Made by a program: the position numbers and the translations under genes
Part shown: positions 45,204-54,965 of the stretch, one piece after another
Position numbering within the stretch: position 1 is the stretch's first letter
How the letters are laid out: every line of letters begins with the position of its first letter
Notes under the pieces: model-generated
Told to the model about the DNA's origin: nothing
The model's input: the letters and a program-made list of their open reading frames with translations, nothing else
Database searches by the model: none
Source: an uncultured Gemmatimonadaceae bacterium
Lineage (GTDB): Bacteria; Gemmatimonadota; Gemmatimonadetes; Longimicrobiales; RSA9
Assembly: GCA_964410055.1 (NCBI GenBank)
Contig: CAYPGK010000005.1
Location: 13,660-68,624 of the forward strand
Direction of reading: 5' to 3'
Length of the DNA stretch: 54,965 nt

Positions 45204-46448
45204 TCAGCGCAGCGCGGCGCGCCCGGCCATGACCGCCTCGATCTCCTCCGGCCGCCGCGGCGCGCCGCCCGACAGCAGCTCGTAGCCGGTCTCCGTCACG
45301 AGCACGTCGTCCTCGATCCGGATCCCGATCGCCTCCTCCGGGATGTAGAGCCCGGGCTCGATCGTGAGGACCATCCCCGGGCGGAGCGGCGTCGCATAGT
45401 CGCCGACGTCGTGCACGTCCATCCCGAGCCAGTGCGAGAGGCCGTGGACGAAGTAGCGATCGCAGGTGACGGCGCCGCAGAGGTCGCCCGAGTTGTCGCG
45501 CATGTAATTGCGCGCGATCCGCGTCAGCTCGCCGATCGTCACGCCCGGACGGACCGCGTCCATCGCGGCCTGCTGCGCGCCGAGGACGAGCAGGTAGAGC
45601 GCGCGCTGGCGGTCCGTGAACCGACCCGAGACCGGGTAGGTCCGCGTCACGTCCGCCGTGTAGTAGCCGAACTCGGCGCCCACGTCGACCACGACCAGGT
45701 CGCCCGCCTCCATGCGCCGGCGATTCTTGTCGTAGTGCAGGATCGTCGAGTTCGGACCCGAGCCGACGATGCTCGGGAATCCGACGCGTTCAGCGCCGTT
45801 GCGACGAAACGTGTACTCGATGAGCGCCTCGAGCTCGTACTCCCACATCCCGGGCCGGGCCGCGCGCATCCCTTCGACCTGCGCGTCCGTCGTGATCCGG
45901 ATCGCCTCGCGCAGCCGCCGCAGCTCGTCCTCGTCCTTGACCAGCCGCAGCGCCGCCAGGTGCGCCCTCAGCGCGTCCGGATCCAGTCGCTCGAGCCCAC
46001 TGCCCAGAGCGGCCAGCTCGGACTCGGCCCGTTCGGCCGAGCGCACGTCCTGGATCCCGGAGATCCGGACCGCCTCCGGGCCGGGGCCGAGCTGGGGCCC
46101 GGTCCAGCGCTCCACATTCGGATCGCGCGGCGGCAGGTAGAGGACGACCTCGTCCGGCCCCGACTCCCGCGCCACCAGCACCAGCGTCGATCCCGGCGTC
46201 TCGAGGCCGGTCAGGTAGAAGAAGTTGTTCTCCTGCCGGAAGTCGCTGTCCTGGGGGTAATCCTCGCGCGGCGCTGCGGAGCGCAGCACCGCCACGCCTT
46301 CGCCGATCCGGTCGAGGAGCGCCGCGCGGCGAGCCTCCAGCAGCGCCGGCGGCACCGGACCGGCCGGCGATCCCTCCTGCGCCGCCACCGGCCGAACGCT
46401 GCCGACCAGTGCGAGCACGAGAAGCGTTTTCGTGATTCGGTTCGTCAT
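45204..46448 (-). CDS. pepP: Secreted Xaa-Pro aminopeptidase (M24B)
   Basis: ORF 45204..48026 trimmed to MTNRITKTLLVLALVG (signal peptide). AMP_N region FRQENNFFYLTG. M24 ligand contexts DVGAEFGYYTADVTR, HGLSHWLG, EPG and RIED. Confidence 0.85.
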   Translation of the reverse strand: MTNRITKTLLVLALVGSVRPVAAQEGSPAGPVPPALLEARRAALLDRIGEGVAVLRSAAPREDYPQDSDFRQENNFFYLTGLETPGSTLVLVARESGPDEVVLYLPPRDPNVERWTGPQLGPGPEAVRISGIQDVRSAERAESELAALGSGLERLDPDALRAHLAALRLVKDEDELRRLREAIRITTDAQVEGMRAARPGMWEYELEALIEYTFRRNGAERVGFPSIVGSGPNSTILHYDKNRRRMEAGDLVVVDVGAEFGYYTADVTRTYPVSGRFTDRQRALYLLVLGAQQAAMDAVRPGVTIGELTRIARNYMRDNSGDLCGAVTCDRYFVHGLSHWLGMDVHDVGDYATPLRPGMVLTIEPGLYIPEEAIGIRIEDDVLVTETGYELLSGGAPRRPEEIEAVMAGRAALR

Positions 46449-46500
46449 TTCGGATCTCCGCTCCGGGGGCGACGACGCGCCAACATTGCGGCGCGCGTGT

Positions 46501-46524
46501 GGACGCTCATAACTTACCGCGTCC
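46501..46524. promoter_or_regulatory. Dyad GGACGC-N12-GCGTCC upstream of the sigma-54-type promoter (candidate enhancer / bEBP site)
   Basis: A perfect 6-bp inverted repeat around an AT-rich centre (TCATAACTTACC), 55-80 bp upstream of the -24 element. Confidence 0.25.
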
Positions 46525-46578
46525 GGGCGCCGCGATCGAGTCCTCCCCGGCACGCGCCCTCCCGGCCGGACCACGAAA

Positions 46579-46595
46579 TGGCACCTGTCGTGCAA
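46579..46595 (+). promoter_or_regulatory. Sigma-54-type -24/-12 promoter candidate upstream of the REC / REC-GGDEF pair
   Basis: TGGCACCTGTCGTGCAA has a perfect TGGCAC, a GG-N10-GC spacing and a -12 TCGTGCA. The GC lies 60 nt upstream of the ATG at 46653. Confidence 0.45.
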
Positions 46596-46652
46596 GATGT
46601 CGGCACCAGGTATCCACGGGTGCGGGACCGGCCCCTCCCACGTGAGGCACCG

Positions 46653-47042
46653 ATGGACCAACGGACCGTCTTGCTCGTCGAGGACAACGAGGACAACCGC
46701 ATCGTGTATGCGACGATCCTGGACTATCGGGGTTTTCGCGTCTACGAAGCGTCGAACGGCGAGGAGGGGATCCGACTCGCCCGTGAGACTCTGCCCGATG
46801 CGATCCTCATGGACATCTCGATCCCGATCATCGACGGCTGGACGGCCACCGAGATGCTCAAGAAGGATCCCGAAACCGCGCACATCCCCATCATCGCCCT
46901 GACCGCGCACGCCCTCGCCTCGGATCGCGAGAAGGCGTTCGCCATCGGATGCGCCGGCTACCTGTCCAAGCCGTGCGAGCCGCGCACCGTGGTCGCCGAG
47001 GTCGAACGGGTGATCGGAGAGCGCGCCGCCCCGGCGAATTAG
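46653..47042 (+). CDS. Single-domain CheY-like response regulator
   Basis: Trimmed to MDQRTVLLVEDNEDN. Phospho-acceptor context AILMDISIP, then ALTA and KP. Confidence 0.85.
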   Translation: MDQRTVLLVEDNEDNRIVYATILDYRGFRVYEASNGEEGIRLARETLPDAILMDISIPIIDGWTATEMLKKDPETAHIPIIALTAHALASDREKAFAIGCAGYLSKPCEPRTVVAEVERVIGERAAPAN

Positions 47043-47045
47043 GCG

Positions 47046-50119
<3,074 letters not shown>

Positions 50120-50124
50120 ACGTC

Positions 50125-50664
50125 ATGAGCCAGATGCCGACCGGACTGCCGGAGATCTCGCTCCCTGCCGCTTCGCTGCACGCGATGCGGCGCGCGCTGG
50201 AATCACAGCTCGGCCCGGCGGACGCGGCCCGAGCACTCCAGCACGCCGGCCACGCGGCCGGCGATGCGCTGCACTCGCTCCTGGCCGGGGGCGACGACCC
50301 GTCGGAGCTCCCCGAGTCCGAGTTCTGGCACCGTCTGAACGATCTCTTCGCGCAGCGAGGCTGGGGCCGGCTCCACTTCGAGCCCGAGCACCCGGGGATC
50401 GGCTCGCTCGAGAGCAGCGACTGGGCCGAAGCGGATCCGGCCGCGGCGTCGTCGCACCCGTGCTGCCATTTCACGGCGGGGCTGCTCGCGAACGTGCTCG
50501 GCCGCACGGCCGGCCAGGACGTGGGCGTGCTCGAGGTCGAGTGCCGCTCCCGTGGCGACCTGCGCTGCCTCTTCTACTTCGGCGGCGCCGAGGCGCTGCA
50601 GCAGGTGTACGCTGCGCTCCAGGCCGGCCGCTCCGCCGAATCGGCGCTCTCCGAGCTGGCCTGA
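50125..50664 (+). CDS. V4R-domain protein (4-vinyl reductase-like small-molecule-binding fold)
   Basis: The C-terminal half (PCCHFTAGLLANVLGR..VLEVECRSRGDLRCLFYFG) resembles the V4R motif with its conserved Cys residues. Confidence 0.65.
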   Translation: MSQMPTGLPEISLPAASLHAMRRALESQLGPADAARALQHAGHAAGDALHSLLAGGDDPSELPESEFWHRLNDLFAQRGWGRLHFEPEHPGIGSLESSDWAEADPAAASSHPCCHFTAGLLANVLGRTAGQDVGVLEVECRSRGDLRCLFYFGGAEALQQVYAALQAGRSAESALSELA

Positions 50665-51093
50665 ATGCCCCGCATCCTGGGCGTGGATTACGGTGAGCGG
50701 CGCATCGGTCTCGCGGTGAGCGATCCCACGGCCACGATCGCGAGCCCGCTCCCTACCCTCCTGCGTCGCCGCGGCAAGCGGCCGCCGGTGGCTCGCGTCG
50801 CGGAAACCGCCGGGCAGCTGGGCGTCCAGCGTATCGTCATCGGTCTCCCCCTCACGTCCGAAGGAGAAGAAGACGAGTGGACCCGCGAAGTTCGCGATTT
50901 CGGTGACAAACTCGCCTCCCGGACCGGACTGCCCGTCGACTACATCGACGAGAGGTTCACCTCCGCCCGCGCCGAGCGTACCCTACGCGAGCTGGGCCTC
51001 GAGCGCTCCGCTCGCGAGCAGAAGGGCCTCGTGGACGCGACGGCGGCGGTCCTGATCCTGCAGGCCTATCTCGATCGGCAGACGCATGACTGA
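50665..51093 (+). CDS. ruvX: Holliday junction resolvase-like / pre-16S rRNA nuclease YqgF
   Basis: MPRILGVDYGERRIGLAVSD and DERFTS motifs. 142 aa. Confidence 0.9.
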   Translation: MPRILGVDYGERRIGLAVSDPTATIASPLPTLLRRRGKRPPVARVAETAGQLGVQRIVIGLPLTSEGEEDEWTREVRDFGDKLASRTGLPVDYIDERFTSARAERTLRELGLERSAREQKGLVDATAAVLILQAYLDRQTHD

Positions 51094-52159
51094 ACCGTTG
51101 CAGGACCTTGGAAGCCGCGTCGCCGCCGCCTGGCGGCGACGTTCGAACAGGACGATCCTCTCCCTCGCGCTCATTGCCGCACTCGCCGCCTCGGCGTGCA
51201 GCGGCAGCGGCTCCGGAGACATCATCCGCGTCCGCGTCCCGAGAGGCGCCAGCTTTTCCGCCGTGACCGACTCGCTCGCGGAGAAGGAGATCATCCGTTC
51301 GCCGGGGCTCTTCCGCGCCTACGCGCGCATTACGGGCGCCGACCGCAACATCAAGCCCGGGACGTACGGGTTTCGCAAGGGGACCGGGTGGAAGCGGGTG
51401 CTCGACGACCTCCACGCGGGGCGCGTGCTGCAGGCCAAACTCGTGATCCCGGAAGGATGGGACCTGCGCAAGATCGCGCCGCGGCTCGCGGCGCTGACCG
51501 GGCTGCCCGCGGACAGCGTGCTCGCCGTACTGGCCGACACCGCGTCCGCAACCCGCTACGGCGTGCCGGGCCCGAACCTCGAGGGATACCTCTACCCGGC
51601 CACCTACATCTTCCCGGTCGACGGGCCGCTGGAGCCCGTGATCGAACGGCTCACCGCCGAATACAAGCGCCGCTGGACCCCGGCGCGCCGCGCCCGCGCC
51701 GATTCCCTCAAGCTGAGCGAGCGCGAGGTCATCACCCTCGCCTCGATCGTCGAGAAGGAAGCACGAGTGCGGGATGAGATGCCGCTGATCTCGGCCGTAT
51801 TCCACAACCGCCTGCGCATCGGCTACCCGCTCCAGGCGGACCCGACGGTCCAGTACGCCCTGGGCGAGCACCAGACCCGGCTGCTCTACGCCCACATCGA
51901 CAGCGTGGCGGACAACCCCTACAACACCTACCGCCACCGCGGCCTGCCGCCCGGGCCGATCGCCTCGCCGAGCGAGCTGGCGATCGATGCGACGCTCTAC
52001 CCCGCCGACGTGAAGTACCTCTACTTCGTGGCCCGGCCGGATGGGCGCCACATCTTCACCCGCTCCCTCGCCGAGCACAACCGGGCGCGGGCCGAGGTGC
52101 GCCGGGCCCGGCGCGTAGGGGCGCCCGCCGGCGCCGCCTCCCAGCCCGCACAGGAGTGA
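51086..52159 (+). CDS. mltG: Endolytic murein transglycosylase (YceG family)
   Basis: Signal anchor. Motifs IPEG, ASIVEKEA, NRL and the YNTY..GLPPGPI signature. Confidence 0.9.
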   Translation: MTEPLQDLGSRVAAAWRRRSNRTILSLALIAALAASACSGSGSGDIIRVRVPRGASFSAVTDSLAEKEIIRSPGLFRAYARITGADRNIKPGTYGFRKGTGWKRVLDDLHAGRVLQAKLVIPEGWDLRKIAPRLAALTGLPADSVLAVLADTASATRYGVPGPNLEGYLYPATYIFPVDGPLEPVIERLTAEYKRRWTPARRARADSLKLSEREVITLASIVEKEARVRDEMPLISAVFHNRLRIGYPLQADPTVQYALGEHQTRLLYAHIDSVADNPYNTYRHRGLPPGPIASPSELAIDATLYPADVKYLYFVARPDGRHIFTRSLAEHNRARAEVRRARRVGAPAGAASQPAQE

Positions 52160-52165
52160 GCCCAG

Positions 52166-52846
52166 GTGAAGCGCATCACGCCGGACCTCCGGCTGATCGT
52201 GATCACGGATCCCGGCCTCGCGGCGCCGCGGAGCATTGACGACGTCGTACTCGCTGCGCTCGAGGCCGGAGCACCCGCCGTCCAGCTCCGCGACAAGCAC
52301 GCGACGGCTCGCGAGCTCTACGAGCAGGCGCTGCGACTCCGGGAGCTGACGGCGCGATTCGACGCCCTCTTCTTCGTTAACGACCGACTCGACGTGGCGC
52401 TCGCGGTCGGTGCCGACGGCGTGCACATCGGGCCGGACGACATCCCTCTCGCCGCGGCACGACGCGCTGCGCCGCCTCCCTTCCTGATCGGTATCTCGAC
52501 TGATGACCCTGCAGAGGCGGCCCGTGCGGTCGCGGCGGGCGCCGACTACATCGGATGCGGCGCGGTGTTCGGCACGCGCTCCAAAGCCGACGTCGCCTCG
52601 GAGCGCATCGGGCCAGAGGGGGTGGCCGCCGTCGTCGCCGCGGTCGACGCGCCCGTCGTCGCGATCGGCGGGATCACCACGGAGAACGTCCACGAACTTG
52701 CCGGGACCGGCGCCGCGGGTGTCTCCGTCATCGGCGCCGTCATGGCCGCCCCCGACCCGGGCGATGCCACGCGCCGGCTCCTTGCAGCCGGTCCCACCGC
52801 CCGAAGGGCCGAAGACCCGACTGCTGCGGCGGGTCGCGGGTCGTAA
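52166..52846 (+). CDS. thiE: Thiamine-phosphate synthase
   Basis: GTG start. Motifs VQLRDK, FFVNDRLDVALAVGADGVHIG and IGGI. Confidence 0.85.
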   Translation: MKRITPDLRLIVITDPGLAAPRSIDDVVLAALEAGAPAVQLRDKHATARELYEQALRLRELTARFDALFFVNDRLDVALAVGADGVHIGPDDIPLAAARRAAPPPFLIGISTDDPAEAARAVAAGADYIGCGAVFGTRSKADVASERIGPEGVAAVVAAVDAPVVAIGGITTENVHELAGTGAAGVSVIGAVMAAPDPGDATRRLLAAGPTARRAEDPTAAAGRGS

Positions 52847-52863
52847 GCAGACGCCGCGTCCCA

Positions 52864-52915
52864 AGCACGAAGCGCCCGCGCGGGTTCGCAACGAACCGCG
52901 CGGGCGCTTCGTGCT
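52864..52915. terminator. Long hairpin between convergent thiE and the NtrC-family gene (bidirectional terminator candidate)
   Basis: AGCACGAAGCGCCCGCGCGGGTTCG-CAA-CGAACCGCGCGGGCGCTTCGTGCT forms 24 bp with a single bulge. There is no clear U tract. Confidence 0.45.
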
Positions 52916-52953
52916 GCCGCCCGAATAGGCCGCCGACTGGCTCGGAGGCCGCG

Positions 52954-54414
52954 TCAGACCAGATCGTCCCCGGCCGACACGGGTCCCGCGACCGCCCGTT
53001 CCAGGCGAACCTTGAGGTCGTACTTCTTCAGCATCCGGTGCACCGTCTTCCGGTCGATCCCGGCGTGCCTCGCGGCCTCGGAAATATTGCCGTCGTGGCG
53101 CGCGAGGAGCGCCTCGAGGTACGCCCGCTCGAACGTCTCGATCGCCTGCTCCTTCGCCTCGTGGAACGGACGGTCGATGTCCGCCACCACCGGCGAGCCC
53201 GGCACACCGAGTGAGGACAGCTTGTCGGGCAGGTCCGCCAGCGTGATCTCCTGCCCCGGGATCGCGAGCGAGACGACCCGCTCCATGAGATTCTGGAGCT
53301 CGCGTACGTTCCCCGGCCACGAATGCGCCACGAGGGCACGGAGCGCCTCGGGCGAGAGCCGCAGCGGCATTGCGCCATCGCGGTCGTACTTCTCCGCATA
53401 CCGCCGCAGGAAGTGCTGCGCGAGGAGCGCGATGTCGTCCCGCCGATTCCGCAGCGGCGGCACGCGGATCGGGACGACGTTCAGCCGGAAGTACAGGTCC
53501 CGTCGCAGCACGCCCTCCTCGACCGCCTGCTCGGGATCGCGGTTCGTCGCCGCAATTACCCGGATGTCGATCGGGATCTCGTCCTCCCCGCCGACCCGTC
53601 GGATCTTCCGCTCCTGGAGCACCCGCAGCAGCTTGGCCTGGAGCTCCAGGTCCATCTCGCAGATCTCGTCCAGGAAGAACGTGCCCCCGGAGGCCGCCTC
53701 CATGAGACCACGCTTCTGCGTCATTGCGCCCGTGAACGCGCCCTTCTCGTGCCCGAACAACTCGGACTCGAGAAGATTCTCCGGGAACGCCGCGCAGTTG
53801 ACCGCGACGAACGGCTGCTCCGCACGCGGGCTGTTCTGGTGGATCGACCGCGCGATCAGCTCCTTGCCGGTCCCGCTCTCCCCGCTGATGAACACGCTCG
53901 CGTCCGTCGAGGCGACGCGAAGTACCAGCGCGAACACCCGCTGCATCGCCTCGCTCACGCCGATGATGTTCTCCAGGGAGTATCGCTCCCGGAGCTCACC
54001 GCGGAGCCGCTCGTTGTCCCGCGCCAGACGCACCTGGCTCGCCGCACGCCCAACGAGGATCTGGAGCTGCGTCGCCGTGAACGGCTTCGGAATGTAGTCG
54101 TACGCGCCCGCCCGGATCGCTTCGATGCTCGAATCGACCGTCGCGAAGCCGGTGATCATGATGACGAGCGCCTGCGGGTCCAGTTGCCGGACCTCCCGCA
54201 GCAGCTCCATCCCATCGATGTCGGGGAGCATCAGATCGGTCAGCACGATGTCCGGCCGGTGCCGACGCGCGAGATCGAGGGCTTCGCGCCCCCTATGCGC
54301 AGTCAGAACCTGGTATCCCTCATGCTCGAGTAGACGCGAGCAGCTCTTCACGAGCAACTCTTCGTCATCGACGAGGAGTATCGTAAGGGCATCGGTCCGC
54401 GTCGACGAATCCAT
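52954..54414 (-). CDS. Sigma-54-dependent response regulator (NtrC family bEBP)
   Basis: REC domain (ILLVDDE..VLTDLMLPDIDG), an AAA+ domain with GESGTGKE and an intact GAFTGA loop, and a C-terminal Fis-type HTH. ATG 54414 is preferred; the alternative is TTG 54426. Confidence 0.9.
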   Translation of the reverse strand: MDSSTRTDALTILLVDDEELLVKSCSRLLEHEGYQVLTAHRGREALDLARRHRPDIVLTDLMLPDIDGMELLREVRQLDPQALVIMITGFATVDSSIEAIRAGAYDYIPKPFTATQLQILVGRAASQVRLARDNERLRGELRERYSLENIIGVSEAMQRVFALVLRVASTDASVFISGESGTGKELIARSIHQNSPRAEQPFVAVNCAAFPENLLESELFGHEKGAFTGAMTQKRGLMEAASGGTFFLDEICEMDLELQAKLLRVLQERKIRRVGGEDEIPIDIRVIAATNRDPEQAVEEGVLRRDLYFRLNVVPIRVPPLRNRRDDIALLAQHFLRRYAEKYDRDGAMPLRLSPEALRALVAHSWPGNVRELQNLMERVVSLAIPGQEITLADLPDKLSSLGVPGSPVVADIDRPFHEAKEQAIETFERAYLEALLARHDGNISEAARHAGIDRKTVHRMLKKYDLKVRLERAVAGPVSAGDDLV

Positions 54415-54540
54415 CACTCTATCCAATCGACAGGGATCGGCGAAGCCATGGTAGGCATTCGTGGGGTGAGGTTATGAAGATACCCCGCAAATCGCCTATC
54501 GGCAACCGAATTCCGAGCTTCTCGGCCGCGCCCGCGGCCC

Positions 54541-54597
54541 CAAATCAAACAAGCGAGCGCCGTACTGCTTGGTGTTGCAGTTCGGCGCTCGCCTGTT
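54541..54597 (-). terminator. Intrinsic terminator of the rRNA operon
   Basis: On the minus strand, CAGGCGAGCGCCG and CGGCGCTCGCTTG form a 13-bp stem (one G-U pair) followed by TTTGATTTGG, directly after the 5S gene. Confidence 0.6.
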
Positions 54598-54608
54598 GGT
54601 TGTTTTGA

Positions 54609-54726
54609 GGCCGGCGGCGTCGTACTCTCCCACCCGGTCTCCCGGGCAGTACCATCCGCGCTGCGGGGCTTAACGACCGTGTTCGGGATGGGAACGGGTG
54701 GTTCCCCCGCGCCATGGCCGCCGGCC
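54609..54726 (-). rRNA. rrf: 5S ribosomal RNA
   Basis: The reverse complement reads GGCCGGCGGCCATGGCGCGGGGGAACCACCCGTTCCCATCCCGAACACGGTCGTTAAGCCCCGCAGCGCGGATGGTACTGCC...GACGCCGCCGGCC. It has the universal CCGAAC and GTACTG boxes and a closing helix I. Confidence 0.9.
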
Positions 54727-54897
54727 ACTCTTCTCCTGGCTGTCCTCTCCTCTCTTTGGCCGTGTGGCTAAAGGACAGCTCGCGTACGTATTGGGCGTGT
54801 GGGAGTGTGTAGCCGAGTGCTACGTGCTGCTTCTTGTGTGAGGTGGGCCGCTCCACTGGGGAAGAGGCGCTCTGGCCTCTTCTGCCTTATATATTGG

Positions 54898-54965
54898 GCT
54901 GGCCAAGCCACACGGGCGATTAGTACGGCTCGGCTGAGCACGTTGCCGTGCTTGCACCTGCCGCC
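54898..54965 (-). rRNA. rrl: 23S ribosomal RNA, 3'-terminal fragment (runs off the window)
   Basis: The plus strand GCCAAGCCACACGGGCGATTAGTACGGCTCGGCTGAGCACGTTGCCGTGCTTGCACCTGCCGCC is collinear with the reverse complement of the E. coli 23S 3' end (..AAGCCTCACGGTTCATTAGTACCGGTTAGCTCAACGCATCGCTGCGCTTACACACCCGGCC). The exact 3' end is approximate. Confidence 0.8.

Noticed and set aside
54414-54728. 104-aa ORF, and the neighbouring ORF 54545..54856, on the minus strand.
   Set aside because: They overlap the 5S rRNA gene and its flanks, and the 5S identity is unambiguous.

Overview
The window is very GC-rich by eye (about 70%, not computed) and densely packed. It looks like core chromosome from a diderm bacterium, because it encodes TolC, an RND pump and lipoprotein signal peptides. 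I cannot assign a taxon from sequence alone.

I call 49 protein-coding genes, a complete 5S rRNA and the 3' end of a 23S rRNA (the tail of a minus-strand rRNA operon at the right edge). Most of the content is housekeeping:
- Cofactor and nucleotide metabolism: pncB, speA, purA, thiE.
- Lysine pathway and translation: trpS, then a dapA-dapB-dapH lysine cluster.
- DNA replication and repair: ligA, ruvX, uvdE.
- Cell wall and shape: mltG, a class A PBP, an MreB homologue.
- Transport: a MarR-TolC-MFP-RND efflux operon, a ZIP transporter, a P1B-4-type metal ATPase, a ChaN-SSS pair.
- Stress: ytxH-otsA-deoA-DUF3343 and hsp20.
- Signalling: CheY-like REC, REC-GGDEF, an orphan NtrC-family sigma-54 activator.

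I found no transposase, integrase, phage genes, CRISPR array, tRNA or recognisable defence system. The many long alternative-frame ORFs in the track are high-GC artefacts that overlap clearly conserved genes.

I do not see a clear-cut novel multi-gene system. The most unusual items are:
1. A 217-aa R/G/Y/H-rich protein with no hydrophobic core and a His-repeat tail, translationally coupled (ATGA) to hsp20, with a smaller look-alike next to the ZIP gene.
2. An M28 peptidase whose catalytic fold is interrupted by two 2-TM hairpin insertions.
3. An orphan PilT ATPase embedded, with an 8-nt overlap, in a 10-gene co-directional metabolic gene string.
4. Two correctly spaced sigma-54-type promoters sharing a TCGTGCA -12 element, upstream of the REC/GGDEF pair and of hsp20.
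5. A recurrent pattern of short exact tandem duplications abutting RBSs or stop codons, plus a 9-10-bp repeat array upstream of the efflux operon.

All functional calls rest on motif and family recognition by eye. No database search was run.
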